From: Anthoceros angustus
Taxonomy: Eukaryota > Plantae > Anthocerotophyta
Assembly: GCA_010909165.1 (NCBI GenBank)
Contig: VJWM01000025.1
Location: 682,001-746,000, forward strand
Direction: 5' to 3'
DNA length: 64,000 bases
This document shows, in pieces, positions 39,173-52,307 of the stretch (positions are counted from its first letter, which is position 1; each line of letters starts with the position of its first letter). The notes beneath the pieces are model-generated. The model saw only the letters and a program-made list of their open reading frames with translations, was not told where the DNA came from and searched no databases. The position numbers and the translations under genes were made by a program.

Positions 39173-39979
39173 GGTCTTAAGAATGTTGTAGGATTGGTAG
39201 GACGAATTCGTGGTGCAAACTGCAGGTTATTGTGGAAGTCTCAGGCCAACTCCAGTTCTTCTGATCCTGGCGTCGTTCGTGTCCATGAAAGTTGTAGCTT
39301 AGGTCTCTTGTGGGTGGCAGCATGCAAGGAGGACATGGAAATAACCTTTATCTCTTGTGTTGCTTTTCACGTTAACTTATGAGAAGTATTCTTAGACTCG
39401 AGGCCACGACGGTACTGCCATCCACTAGTGCACCACAATATCTATACATATTCTTGGTCACTTCGGCTAGGTGTTTAAACATTTGAGAGTGCACAATCAC
39501 ATACGTGTGGAACGACGCCTTTCACGCTGATGACGGCGGCTGAACAATCCAAAATGAGCACGGTGCGCCTGTTGCTGCCGAGAAATAAAGTTGAGGTCGA
39601 TGTCTACAGGTCTCTTGGAATGGCCTCCTGGTGGTCCAAAACAAAAACACGCATCCGACTGCCAGCAAACTTCACCACCGTGAACTCTTCACACTGAACT
39701 GCACTTGATATACAAGACTGCAGGAATTCTGCATACAAACAAGAATTATACTGTTAGTTAGGACTTCCACCAGCCCCAGCCCCAGCCCCAGCTAGTACGA
39801 TGAACAGCCCTAAACGGCAAGCAAGGAAGGGTTGCACCTCACCTTCGACATGTTGCAGAGTGTGCGGAGATAGGCAGTGAAATCTGCAGTTGTCTTGAAT
39901 GTGGTGCCAGTTTGCCAGCTCTGGGGCTATAACATACACATGAAGAAGAACACAAATCCGCACAAGGACTCTTCAAAGC

Positions 39980-41282
39980 CTAAAGAATGAGCTGAGAGAA
40001 ATATTGATCAAACTCATCGTCGACTGTGGGAGGTCTCTTGCCCAGGCGGGCCTCTGCGTGCCACCAACACCAAACACCAAGCCAAGCCGAGGAGATAAGC
40101 CACCCACCCACATTGGGCATGGAACGATACCACACCACAGTTGCTGTGAGTTGAAGCTTCACAGAAGAAGAGAGTGCAACAAGCCAAGCTTAAGAGTGGG
40201 TGGCATTTTTTACCTTCTCCTTTGCTTATCCTGCCAGACGACAGAACAAAGACCGGAGCGGGTGCAGTATGATCATCCTGGCCGGCACTGCTGGTAATAC
40301 TGGCATCAGCCTGCGCCCGATAGTACACCCCACCGTCCTCCATCTTGGAGGTGGTGAGAGCGGCCGCATGTGTGTCATGCACAACATCGTCACCTTGCTG
40401 CGGATTCCTGCGTTTGATCACCGCGGCGAGCTCAACCTCTGCGTGGCACGTCTCAAACGGATCAAACTTGCGCCTCTTGCCGCCAAGCAGCTGGCTGAGA
40501 GTGCTGTTGTTGCTGCTGCCTGGCTTGGCCAAGGCCAGGGGCAGGGGGCCTGGTCCTTGCCCTTGCCCGTGCCCCGGCCCTTGCCCTTGCCCTGGCCCCG
40601 GCCCTTGCCCCGGCCCCGGCCCTTGCCCTGGCCTTGCCCCTGCACCTGCCCCTGCACCTGCCCCTGCCCCTGCCCCTGCCCTGCCTTGACCCTTCCTCCT
40701 CTCGTGGTCTGGATCGGAGCTGGTGACATCCTCATCCTCGCTTTCCCTGCTGGTGGCCTCGGTGGAGCGGCACGTCCCCGCCGTGGAGAGCTTGGTGACA
40801 ATGCCCCCCGCCGTGTCCCCCAGGCTGAGCGCATCGCAGCTGGCCTCCTGCGTGGCCGGCAGCTTGTGCAGCCGATGGTGCATGCGCTTGGCAGACGCGG
40901 AGCCCGGGCGCGATGATCCGGATTTGGCGCTCACGCGGTACCTCGGCCCACGCACGAGCAAAATCCCGCCCTGCTGCTCCTCAGCATCCTCCACGCAGCT
41001 GGCGCTGGATGCCGGGTCGGACCGCACTTCCTGGGTGAGGGAGCTGGACGCCGGGCCGCAGAGCGTGGAGAGGCTGGTGTAGCAGAATCGGTCCCGGCGG
41101 TAGCGCTTGGAGGCGGCGGCTGAGGCAGAGGGAGAAGCACAGGCAGAGGCAGGGCCCGTTGTTGTTGTTGTTGTTGTCGTTGTAGCTGTTGGGCGGTCCG
41201 GGTGCTTGCGCTTGCTGGAGTCGCTCCTGAGGGAGGAGGCGGAGCTGCGGATGTCGGAGGACATGGCTTGCTCACGAACTTC

Positions 41283-41319
<37 letters not shown>

Positions 41320-41456
41320 GGCGGCTGCTGCTTGGTGTAGAGTTGGTGGGCGGTTGGGGCAGGGCGGCCATCCTCCCCCAGGCTGCTGCGCTGCTGCGGG
41401 TGTGCAACACCGAGCAACTCGCTCTGACTCTTGCCCTGTGAGCGAGACGCGGGCAT
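39980..41456 (-). CDS. Conserved plant protein of unknown function, low-complexity (polyQ, polyT, GA/GP/GQ repeats); 2 exons (41456..40213, 40053..39980); start uncertain
   Basis: GT at 40212 / CAG at 40056-40054 splice gives FVLSSGRISKGEEARLGKRPPTVDDEFDQYFSQLIL*, resembling a conserved plant C-terminal motif (LSSGR...PTIDQEFEQYFSxL). Confidence 0.75.
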
Positions 41457-42489
41457 CCCACGTGCTCGACTGCTCCTTGCAAATCCGGTTGCATCATCCC
41501 ATGGTCTGCCCTCCGGATTTCCCAGCACACGTCCGAAACTGTCGTCCCGACCCTCTTGCCACTTTGGCCCTCACCCGCCAAGTTTCCCAACAATCTATGG
41601 ATACATTTATCTCTCTACAAACTGATGGCGCACGTTCACCTCCGCCCGCCGGTTCCCGGTCTCCCGTCCAGTTTGGGACACCGTCCAGCGGTTCCCGCAG
41701 AGTGCACCGGAGACCGGAGGAAGTCGGTGCCTCCTGCCGCCATTATTCTTTTCTGTAGAGATATTTAACAGCTGCCGCTAATTTCCCGGTGCCCACCTCC
41801 TCGTGCCAGTTACCCGTCGGCCTGCCGCCCTCGTTTTGACTGCAGTTCTCCTGAGTCCTGCCTCCTGCTGCTGCTGTCGCTGCATTTTGCTATATCTGCT
41901 TATCTAGACTAGGTGGACTGGGTCCTGCCCGACTGTTGCCGGGTGATACGATATCGTCGGCACAAAAGTCATTTTTTATATTACCTTTCGCCACTCGTAA
42001 CTTTCCCACTGGAGAGTCAGTCCAACCATCTATGTACCAACATGGCCTGCAAAGTCAAGATTTGATCTTGGGTGCATCCATTTACACCTTCAATGGGGCT
42101 CGTTACATCTTCTTTACACCTCAAGCCGTAAAGGTCGCTCAAACAGGCTACATACATATGCAGAGGAGTCCTGGTTTGTGCCGCATCCTTTGTGCCGCAT
42201 CCACTCCTTCGAGAGCATTGTTGCATCTTTGAGTGTTAAAGGGTTATTAAAGACTCAGAGCAACTCTTAGCTAACGGAAATGATCAGAGCCTCAAACTAC
42301 TTCGAGAGAGATATGAACTAGGTCCTACTAGCAGTGCACTTGTAGCCTTCTTGTCTCACTTCGCTCGACTTGTCGCCTTCTTGGCCTCACTTTTCTATTT
42401 GTTGCGAGATACATCACATCAAGGTTATGGTAGAAGACTGTCAAATATGCGACAGACTATTTTGCCTTACAAAGAGAATTGAGAGACTT

Positions 42490-43005
42490 AATGTAGAAAG
42501 AAAAAAAAAACCACACCATCTACATAAAAAAAAAGGGGTCAACCCAATTAAGGGCACCAGGCCAAAGGGGACTAACTCCCGCGATCGCATTTCTCGAAAC
42601 TACCTACCGCCCTTAGAATCTCGTGATCGGGCTTGATAAAGAGGCTACCTACCACCGCCGTGGAAGAAGCTGCCTCCCTTGCGCTAGTCGCCGTCTTGCA
42701 CATCACGTTCGCCAACGCCCTCTGCAGGACGATGGACACCCGTTGCCTGAAGAAAGACACAACACAAGAAAGGGGGAGACCAAACCATTCCTGCGATCGA
42801 GGTAAGCCTTAGCACAGGCCTTGAGGAACTTCGAGAAGTCCCGACCCATGGCCCCGTGAGTCTCAATGGCGAGGGGGATAAAAGTGTGGCCGTTCTGCAT
42901 AGGAGAGTACTTGTGGACCCTGGCCGTTGTGCAGCCTTCCGCCACCCAACCCGAGGGGTTGAAACATGCACCATTCGGGAACTTACTGAAGACGGGCACC
43001 CTCAT
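42490..43005 (-). mobile_element. RLE (CRE-like) non-LTR retrotransposon 3' fragment
   Basis: HKY...FIPLAIETHGAMGRDFSKFLKACAKAY...FFRQRVSIVLQRALA, T-rich 3' UTR; paralog of the 29.8-kb fragment. Confidence 0.7.
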
Positions 43006-43015
43006 ACTTATTAAG

Positions 43016-43223
43016 TAAAGAAGTCGGGAGCATCTGCATGATGCTCAGAACAGATCACAGGCCGAGGGAGAAGAACGTATAATCCAGAGGCATTATATGT
43101 ATGTGTTTACAGATGGTTCTTAAGTAGTCTGGAAGTGGTAACCGCTACAACTGATTGCGAACTACCTAAACTGCTACAGTGACATGTGGTAAAGGACAGT
43201 TACTAAACATGTAACTCCCAATA
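43016..43223 (-). repeat. Copia 3' LTR (208 bp)
   Basis: Matches 50304-50510 with 3 substitutions and 1 indel by eye. Confidence 0.95.
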
Positions 43224-46200
43224 CTCCCACTTAGTGAGCATCTAGTACATGAATGTACTATCAGCTAGTAGTGGTTGGCCCTTGAAAACCTGAAGCATAA
43301 GAGGTTTAATTCCATAAGCTTGGTTTAATACCACATGCGTACCAGAGACACGAGTCTGTTTATCGCACATGTTAAGGAAAACGTGAAAGCGTCTTGAACT
43401 TGCGCTCCTCAACACCTCCCGCCTCCTATAAAGTAACCCGACATTCACGGTAGCCATGTCTCCGCCTTTATCATCATGGACTCCGGCTCGGTAGTGGTCT
43501 CGTGTCTCGGATGTGGCAGAATCTAGGTTCCTGTGAGGAAATTTTCTGAACGCTCCTCCCATCTTCATGCTATGCACTGTGAGGCTCCTGTCATTCTTGC
43601 CTTTGAAGCACCTGCAGGGTCTAACAGCTTGACAGAAACTCCTCAGGCTAGAGCTGCTAAGAAGGAACATGACCTTGATGCAGAGGGAATGCCAAGGAAG
43701 CTTTACGTTGCTGGAAGAGAGGACTTTGATAAAGTCTTTCTTGGAGAACCAAAAGGTGTGGGATTCCTACCTTCCTCGGCAGACTTCATTAAGTTCATGG
43801 GGACTCAACTCCCCGACCTCGGGCCGAGAGCTCGTTGAAAACCTCAAGACCAAGGTGGAGCAAAGAACAAAGAGAAGAACAGAAAGGAGCACACGATCAC
43901 CACACCTAGCTCCCACGAGGGACAATCTAGAATAGAAAAACCTAGTGGTTCTCGCTCGTAGAATCGCACCAGCCTAAAGTGTGCCTTTCATGCACATGCT
44001 TAGGAAGAGCCTTTGTAAGGAGGTCCATGATATTCTCACCTGTGAAATATACTCTACCTCAACCTCTTTACATTCCGCCACTTGTCGATAAAGTGATGTG
44101 ATATTTCGATATGCTTGCATGAAAATCGGATTGCGTGATAAGGCAATCGATCGATTATCACACCACAAACGTGTAGCACCGCCTCCTAGTTGCCCAAGTC
44201 CTTTTAGAAAACTTGATCCATAATACTTCACGGTCGAGACATGGCACCATATTCGCCTCCGGCTTGAAAGGCAAATAGTTGCCATCTTCTTGGACCATGA
44301 CACTACCGATCCTCCAAGGAAGCAACAATATGCAGCAATACTTTTCCTTGTATCCGGGTCTCGCCATCGGCATCCGCGAATCTTTGAGTTGAAGACCATC
44401 ATCTTGCGGAATACCTCAAACCCTTTCGTGAAGTCCCTTTGGTATCTCGGCCTCTTTTTTAGTCCGAGGCACCATGCCCGGTTTTCTAAAAGCGGCTCAC
44501 ATTGCTTACGGTGATGTCAAGCTGGTCCATCCGACAAGTAAAGCAAGCACCCAAGCTCGTCTGTAGGGAATTTTAGACATCTCAAGTTTCTCTTCTTACG
44601 ATGGTTCTTAAGTAGTCCGGAAGTGGTAACCGCTACAACTGATTGCGAACTACCTAAACTCACGGTGACATGTGGTAAAGGACAAGCTTACTAAACATGT
44701 AACTCCCAATACTCCCACTTAGTGAGCATCTAGTACATGAATGTACTATCGCCTAGTAGTGGTTGGCCCTTGAAAACCAAGCATAAGAGGTTTAATTCCA
44801 TAAGCTTGGTTTAATACCACATGCGTAGCACGAGTACATTTATCGCACATGTTAAGGAAAAGCGTGAAAGCGTCTTGAACTTGCGCTCCTCAACACCTCC
44901 CGCCTCCTATAAAGTAACCGACTTGTTCATGAGCCATGTCTCCAGTCTTTATCATCATGGACTCCCAGCTCCAGTGTGGTCTCAGGTGTCTCGGATGTGG
45001 CAGAATCTAGGTTCCTGTGAGGAAATTTTCTGAACGCTCCTCCCATCTTCATGCTATGCACTGTGAGGCTCCTGTCATTCTTGCCTTTGAAGCACCTGCA
45101 GGGTCTAACAGCTTGACAGAAACTCCTCAGGCTAGAGCTGCTAAGAAGGAACATGACCTTGATGCAGGGAATGCCAAGGAAGCTTTACGTTCTTTGGAAG
45201 AGAGGACTTTGATAAAGTCTTTCTTGGAGAACCAAAAGGTGTGGGATTCCTACCTCAGACTTCATTAAGTTCATGGGGACTCAACTCCCCGACTCGGTGT
45301 GAAGAGCTCGTTGAAAACCTCAAGACCAAGGTGGAGCAAAGAACAAAGAGAAGAAATGGAAAGGAGCACACGATCGACACCTAGCTCCCACCGAGGGACA
45401 ATCTAGAATAGAAAACCTAGTGAACATTCACGCGCTTCGCGAGAATCTGCACACCGCAATAAAGTGTGCCTTTCATGCACATGCTTAGGAAGAGCCTTTG
45501 TAAGGAGGTCTGCGATATTCTCACCTGTGAAATATACTCTACCTCAACCTCTTCGCTCGCCACTTGTCGATAAAGTGATGTGATATTTCGATATGCTTGT
45601 GCATGAAAATCGGATTGCGTGATAAGGCAATCGTGATATCACACCACGTAGCACCGCCTCCTAGTTGCCCAAGTCCTTTTAGAAAACTTGATCCATAATA
45701 CTTCACGGCACATGGCACCATATTCGCCTCCCGTTTGAAAGGCAAATAGTTGCCATCTTCTTGCTGGACCATGACACTACCGATCCTCCAAGGAAGCAAC
45801 AATATGCAGCAATACTTTTCCTTGTATCCGGGTCTCGCCATCGGCATCCGCGAATCTTTGAGTTGAAGACCATCATCTTGCGGAATACCTCAAACCCTTT
45901 CGTGAAGTCCCTTTGGTATCTCGGCCTCTTTTTTTAGTCCGAGGCACCATGCCCGGTTTTCTAAAAGCGGCTCACATTGCTTACGGTGATGTCAAGCTGG
46001 TCCATCCGACAAGTAAAGCAAGCACCCAAGCTCGTCTGTAGGGAATTTTAGACATCTCAAGTTTCTCTTCTTACGATGGACATTGCTCTTTGAGAGCTTC
46101 TCTCCCCGCCATGGGTGTAGCTACGGGTTTAGCATCTTCTAACTTAAACCTTTTAACAAGCTTAACAAAGTGTTCTTGATGGATGTCAATGGAATGTTCA

Positions 46201-49200
46201 GAATGGTTAAAGTGAAACTGGACACCTAATGAGAACGAGAGTTCACCCAAATCTGACATCTCAAACTTAGACAGAAGGACCTTTTTAATGCTTTCCAACA
46301 AAGAAGCAGAAGTACTAAAAAGGATATTGTCATCTACGTATACTGTCAGAATAAGAAACTTTGGCCCATCCCACAGAATGTAAACACTAGTGTCTGCATC
46401 AAGAGGCACGAAACCTAATTCTATCAGCACCTGATGGAAGACTTCATTCCAGGCTCTGGATGACTGTTTCAACCCGTACAGTGTCTTCAAGAGCTTGAGT
46501 ACCTTCTGGGATGCTTGATATACCCTTCCGTTGTGACATGTATATGTCTTCTTCAAGTAGTCCATGGAGAAATGCGTCTTACGTCGAGTTGGTGAACTGT
46601 GAGCTTAAAGTGGGTGCAAGTGCTAGGAGGATTCTTCTGACGTGGACTTCACTACTGGAGCAAAGTCTCATTGAAATCTAAGCCTGGCACTTGGCTACAT
46701 GTAACCCTTAGCAACTAGCCTAGCTTTGTATCGACCTACGCTGCCATCTGTATTCAGTTTCTTTTTAAAAAACCATTTGCAATCTATAGGCTTACGACCA
46801 GCTGGGAGGTTTACAAGACTCCATGTTTTATTTTCTATCAAGGATGCATATTCAGAATCTATGGCTGCCTTCCTTTGCTCGACCGGGTCGGACTTCTAAG
46901 TAGGTGGGTGGCTCATAGAGGAAGCAACACTAAGTACATAAGCAGGAGATAGAGGGTATGTGGATGCAACACCTGCTACATAGTCTGGTTGCCATTCACT
47001 ATAATGACGACGTACTCTAGCTGAACGACGAAGAGAGGGAGCTTCTGCGGGTTCATCTGCAGCTTGCTCATTGTCAGCAGCTTCACGAACTTCATCTATA
47101 GCAGAAAGAGGAGTAACTGCACCTTCATCAGTAGGTGGAGCATCTACTGGTTGCTCAGGTAGTTGTGGTTGTTATTGCAGATCTGCCCCCACTGAAGCCG
47201 GAAGCTCATCCTCGTCATCAAAAATGGTGACAGCATCTTGGTTTACAGAATCTTCAGTATCCAGCACACCATGATAGGAAAGACCTTCTTCTGGTGCTTG
47301 AGGAAGAATCATGAGCATGTCGTTGAAGGAGAGCTTGCTCATGAAACACCACTCGAGAGATGGTTAGTGTCACTTTGGCGGTCAAAAGCTTGTATCCCTT
47401 TACCTCGTAATACCCAACAAAGATTCGGCGATGTGCTTTGGGATCAAGTTTGGTGCGCAACTCGGCGGGGATGAGAGGCAGGGAGATCCAAAATCCGTAA
47501 ATGAGAAATTCTAGGTTTCTTGCCACCACCTCGTATGTGATAGAGCCAAGCTCCTTACTTGGCGTCGATTCTCGAATGTAGTTGGTGGCCATGAGAGCCT
47601 GCCAATACCCACGAGGCCAAAGCGAGACTTGCCAAAGTTGCCTCTTGTAGTGTCGATTCTTTCTTTCAAAAAGTTACGTGAAGGAGTATAGAGACGTGGA
47701 ATTGGTGTTTGATCCCTTGACCTCAGAAATTTTTGAAATCATTATTGGTATATTCTCCACCATTGTCGGTCACGAAGAATCTAACTCTAAACTCCGCAGC
47801 TCTGAGCATGTCTAATAAAGGATTGAAAACACTCCGATTGCTTCACTCTTGTGTGGTGATAGGCAGTCGATGTCGACTCCATTCTATAAATGTGATGAAG
47901 TAACATGCTCCTCCAAAGGATTGAGTTGAGATTGGCCCACATATATCATCGTGAATTGTCTCCAACGGCTGGTGGCTCGAGTTGGTTCCTTATCGAAAAT
48001 GGCTGAATGAGCCTTGCTCATTTCACATGAATCATGAAGGATCATGTATGTGGGTAAACTTAAAAGAATCCCTATAACTCCCACTGTTTGCTAAGGAGGA
48101 AAGACGCTGGAAGTTCACATGGCCAAGGCGGCAGTGCCATAATTGCATAGTGGAAGGAGGTTGGACCATATTTGCAGATGGTGAACTAGGCGGGATGGTT
48201 TTAACATTATTGAGCATGTACAGATCATTAAAGGGTTGACCTGAAAACAATTCTTGACTTGAAGATACATGTGTAATACGGCAACTGCTATGATCAAAAC
48301 AAGTCTGACACATGTGCTCTTGAGAGAGCTTTAAAACGGACATAAGGTTTTTGGTCATAGAGGGAACATAGAGTACTCCACTAAGAATCATGTTGTCCAG
48401 GCTAGGAAGTTGAATAATGACTGATCCACATCCTTTTATCGAGAGGCCACTATCATCTCCCAGCAGTACAAACTGTTTATCAGATACAGACTCAAAGACA
48501 GAAAAAGAACGTCTATCATGACAGATGTGGTTAGTGGCTCCGGAGTCCAAAAACCAAGTATGCTTTTGAGCTGTAATGGAGGACAGACAAGTTGCTAGGA
48601 TGGTTGGCGACTTAACTTTGGAGACAGCAAGATTTGATTCTGAGTTGGGAGTATCTCTACGTGGCTCACCGGCTCTTTTCTTTCTGCAATCCCGCTCAAG
48701 GTGTCCGGGTATCCGGCACCAGTTACATATGAAGGATTTCTTCTGAGTGTTGAGAAAACTCTGCTGCAGTTGTACAGGTGATGGATAGCCTCGACCCCTA
48801 CCTCTGCCTCGTCCACGAAAACTACCTCGCCTCTTGAAGAAAAAAGCACTCTTGAGTTGCTTGTAGTGGCTCCACGTGTCTTGTGAAGGCCATGCGCACG
48901 CTCTTCAGAGAGAAGTGCACCCAAAACTTCTTCGAGAGTAATGTCGGGTGTGTTGCTTGCACCCGCTGCTTGGACTGCCGCACGAATGGTTGCATTCTGG
49001 CTTCCAACAAAATTCTGGTAGCTTTCTGGAAGCGAGGCTAGCAAGCTGACAGCTTGTACCTCAGTGAGGGTATTTCCGCAGTAAGCCAAATTGGCTCTAC
49101 AAGTCCGAAACTTGTTGATGTAAGCTTCGACTAGCTCTCCTTCCTTCATCCTTAAATTGAAGAAGTCCCTATACGAGTGTATCAGGGATGCTGAGCTTTT

Positions 49201-49792
49201 ATCTTAGTAGATCTGCTTAAACACTTTCCACACATCAGTGACGTGACCGGCACCTATGGTGTGAGGAATCATGTTTCTATCAAGGGCGAAATAAGTATAG
49301 ACCTAGCACGCCTATCTTTCGTTCCCAATCAAAAAGCTTGTCGATTCTAGCTAGTTGTCACTTTGGGTCGACCCATCGCAATCTCCATAAGCTCATTCTC
49401 TTCTAAAATCGGCTCACTCTTAAAGCCCGGATGTTATAATCAACACCATTAAACCTATCTTTATCTCCGAATTCAATCTTGAGAGGAGGTAAAGGTGTTG
49501 CCATGGTTACAGTATTACTGAGTTGATGACCAAATCGGCTCACTCTTAAAGCCGGATGTTATAATCAACACCATTAAACCTATCTTTATCTCAATTCAAT
49601 CTTGAGAGGAGGTAAAGGTGTTGCCATGGTTCTGAGTATTCTGAGTTGATGACCAACTCGGCTCTATGCAAGAGGGCTGCAGGAGAAAAATCCCACAAGG
49701 AATAATCTGAGCTCAAGCAGAAATGAAAGGTCATAGACATCACTCTCGACTCAGTCCGAGACATCTTGCATAAGCTTGAGTTGTGCCTTCTC

Positions 49793-50230
49793 TTAATGAG
49801 AAGGGCTCCCGCTGTTCAAAGCACCACGGCTAAAGGCATCTTCTTCGATAAAGTTACTGCAGATGGTGTCAAGAATCATGAGGCTTCCCGAAATTTGCTT
49901 GATTAAATCAGCTTGAGCCTTAACACGTTCCTGGAGTGAAACGAGTTGGAAACGAAGCTTGCAAATCTCGTCTTCTTGAGGTTTGAGCACGTCAGAACTC
50001 TCAACCTCCTGAGCATTCAGAAATTTCCTTGCGGCTTCAACGATCACTCCTGGGAGGCAGTAGTCGTTGAGCAGGCTGATAACCTTCTCAATCTTTAGAG
50101 ATTGTGGCGAAGCGCTCAATCGATTCTCTTCTTGACAATCTGAGCACAAGATAGGAAAGCGAGGAGGGCCTCGTGAGATTGGCTTGGCGTTGCGTCTTGT
50201 GGCTATTGCCAGGGCTCTTCTCCTTGTCAT
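49793..50230 (-). CDS. Extra sense ORF (145 aa) in the copia 5' leader, upstream of gag
   Basis: Uninterrupted ORF from ATG 50230: basic N-terminus, CSDC, heptad-like ICKLRFQLVSLQERVKAQADLIKQI. Confidence 0.5.
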   Translation of the reverse strand: MTRRRALAIATRRNAKPISRGPPRFPILCSDCQEENRLSASPQSLKIEKVISLLNDYCLPGVIVEAARKFLNAQEVESSDVLKPQEDEICKLRFQLVSLQERVKAQADLIKQISGSLMILDTICSNFIEEDAFSRGALNSGSPSH

Positions 50231-50303
50231 GTTTCCTCGCTCACTTGTCCACAACGCGTCCCTGCGATCAACATCTAAGGATTAATTCTGTGCTCTGATA
50301 CCA

Positions 50304-50510
50304 TAAAGAAGTCGGAGCATCTGCATGATGCTCAAAACAGATCACAGGCCGAGGGAGAAGAACGTATAATCCAGAGGCATTATATGTGTGTGTTTACAGA
50401 TGGTTCTTAAGTAGTCTGGAAGTGGTAACCGCTACAACTGATTGCGAACTACCTAAACTGCTACAATGACATGTGGTAAAGGACAGTTACTAAACATGTA
50501 ACTCCCAATA
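50304..50510 (-). repeat. Copia 5' LTR (207 bp)
   Basis: Abuts tRNA-iMet PBS; followed by TSD. Confidence 0.95.
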
Positions 50511-50651
50511 TTAAGTACTCCAGCCTCGGATAAGTTGACGGATGGGATGCTTGTATTTTGGTCAATCTTATTTTGATTTCTATCTCCCATGACCCAACAT
50601 CTCTCATGCCTATGTTTTTGGTTTCTTTTCTATCTCCTAGAACTAGGGCCA

Positions 50652-50830
50652 GTATTATGGTCTTCATAGGACGACCAAGACATGCTTCGTTATGGTTTTC
50701 ACCGGATGACCGAAACATGCTTGCGTTATGATCTTCACAGGATGATCGAGACATGCCCATATTATGGTCTTCATAGTATAACCTAGACATGCTTGCGTTA
50801 TGGTCTTCATAGGATGACTGAGACGTGCAG
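50652..50830. repeat. Degenerate ~36-bp tandem repeat (TTATGGTCTTCATAGGATGACC.AGACATGCTTGCG), ~5 copies
   Basis: Recurring units by inspection. Confidence 0.75.
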
Positions 50831-51289
50831 GTCGTAGGGGTTTCTTGTCACCAGCATTGGTGAGGGTGGCGGCCGAGGGTGGAGTGGATGGGTTTCTTGT
50901 CACCAGAATCCATGGCGGTGGTGGCTGAGGGTTGGGCGGACGGGTTTCTTGTTACCGACATCCGCTAAGGTAGCAGTTGAGGGTGGAGCAGACAGGTTTT
51001 TTGTCACCAGCACATGGCAGTGGCAGCTGAGGGTGGAGGGGACGAATAACTGCTGTGGCATATGGACATGGGATGATGATGGGCTAGGTGGTGGGTCCCA
51101 CATGCTTTGGAAGCGTGCAATTTATGTGGAGATTTAGCACTTGCCCATGCCCTATACCTTATAGTTCCTATATGCCTATAAGTCGCCACGATGCCCTCAT
51201 GGCTCCTGCCGCAGGCCTTTGCGGCCCTACAGTTTTTTTTTTTTTAAAATGTCTATCATAGTTCACATGGATGGATTTTTCTTATCATA

Positions 51290-51412
51290 AAACTTAGTAC
51301 GTACTTGACAACTTGTACCATGGTGTGCTAAATTACTACTAGCACCAAGGGCATTCACTCCTGAGGATCGAAGAGTAGATGCTTGATAAGCATGTTCTAA
51401 TAAATATGTGTC
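51290..51412 (-). mobile_element. Degenerate copy of the short (TTC)n-tailed repeat
   Basis: ACAACTTGTACCATGGTGTGCTA...GCACCAAGGGCATTCACTCC...AAATATGTGTCTA. Confidence 0.65.
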
Positions 51413-51984
51413 TATTCTTGTAAAACTCTATGTATTCATAAGTTTATAGATCGATTATCATCTTATCATCTGAACCCCTTGCCGTAAATGTCAGACGTGC
51501 CTTTACATTGTAGTGGTAGGTGATCCTTCTTTCCTTAGTGGCCATAAATATCATTATTGTAGGTGATCCCTGCTCTAAATTGTTGTTGTTATCTCTGGCT
51601 GACTTTAGAAACACAAGTTCGATTCTATGTGATCGGTACAATCATAAAAGAGATTAACTTGGTTAACTTGATTAACTTCCCTGCCTGACGTCGTGGTAGG
51701 GTTCAACCCACCATGTCTGCATAATTTTTCTTTCTCCCCCGACCCGGCAAGCTGCCACCATGCCTGCATATTTTTCTGATCTCCCCGCAATTATGCATCC
51801 ATGCGGTTTAAGTCATGGTAGGGCTTAGGCCACCATGCCGTGCGATGAGGGATGGGAACATGGGCATGGACATATAAACATGGGCATAGACATGGACCTA
51901 TGACCGCTTGCGGACGAGTATGGACACGGGGAACCGGAGGGCACCCGGTTTGGGCGAGTGTCCAGGTGGTGGGCCCATTGCTTC

Positions 51985-52195
51985 AGACACTGTCCGATTT
52001 CATTTTGTAAGGCAAAATAGTCTCTGGCGCCAAGTATACGTCATGCAAGAGGACCTAGACAAAATTATGGCTCTAGATTTGCGTCAGGCACCTGGGCTTG
52101 GAGGTGGCTTCCCACCTGGCCCTACCAGGGTTGTGCGTTGAAGAGCCTCCACTGTGTGGATCGTTGGCCGGACTTTCGGCAGTCGGAAGCGTAGT
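51985..52195 (+). pseudogene. F-box family C-terminal fragment
   Basis: VYVMQEDLDKIMALDLRQAPG.WRWLPTWPY..SLHCVD, paralogous to 10365-10560. Confidence 0.7.
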
Positions 52196-52307
52196 TCATG
52201 AACATGCTTAATTTCACATGTAGGCTACTTGTCTAGTGACCGCTAAGCTAGCCACAAATGTCGACGGAAGCTTGGAAGAACGCGCCGCAGAATCAAACAT
52301 CACTTCC

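Larger units (their letters stand above)
43016..50510 (-). mobile_element. Full-length Ty1/copia LTR retrotransposon, TSD TTAAG, frameshifted gag-pol
   Basis: LTRs 50304-50510 and 43016-43223; TSD at 43011-43015 and 50511-50515; PBS TGGTATCAGAGC (50303-50292); PPT AAGTGGGAG; gag LLASLPESY, knuckle CNWCRIPGHLERDC, protease WFLDSGATNH, LWHCRLGH, integrase, RT LYGLKQSSRAW/YVDD, RNaseH. Confidence 0.97.

Noticed and set aside
40200-41441. Plus-strand poly-Leu/poly-Cys/Pro ORFs
   Set aside because: Antisense of the low-complexity minus-strand gene
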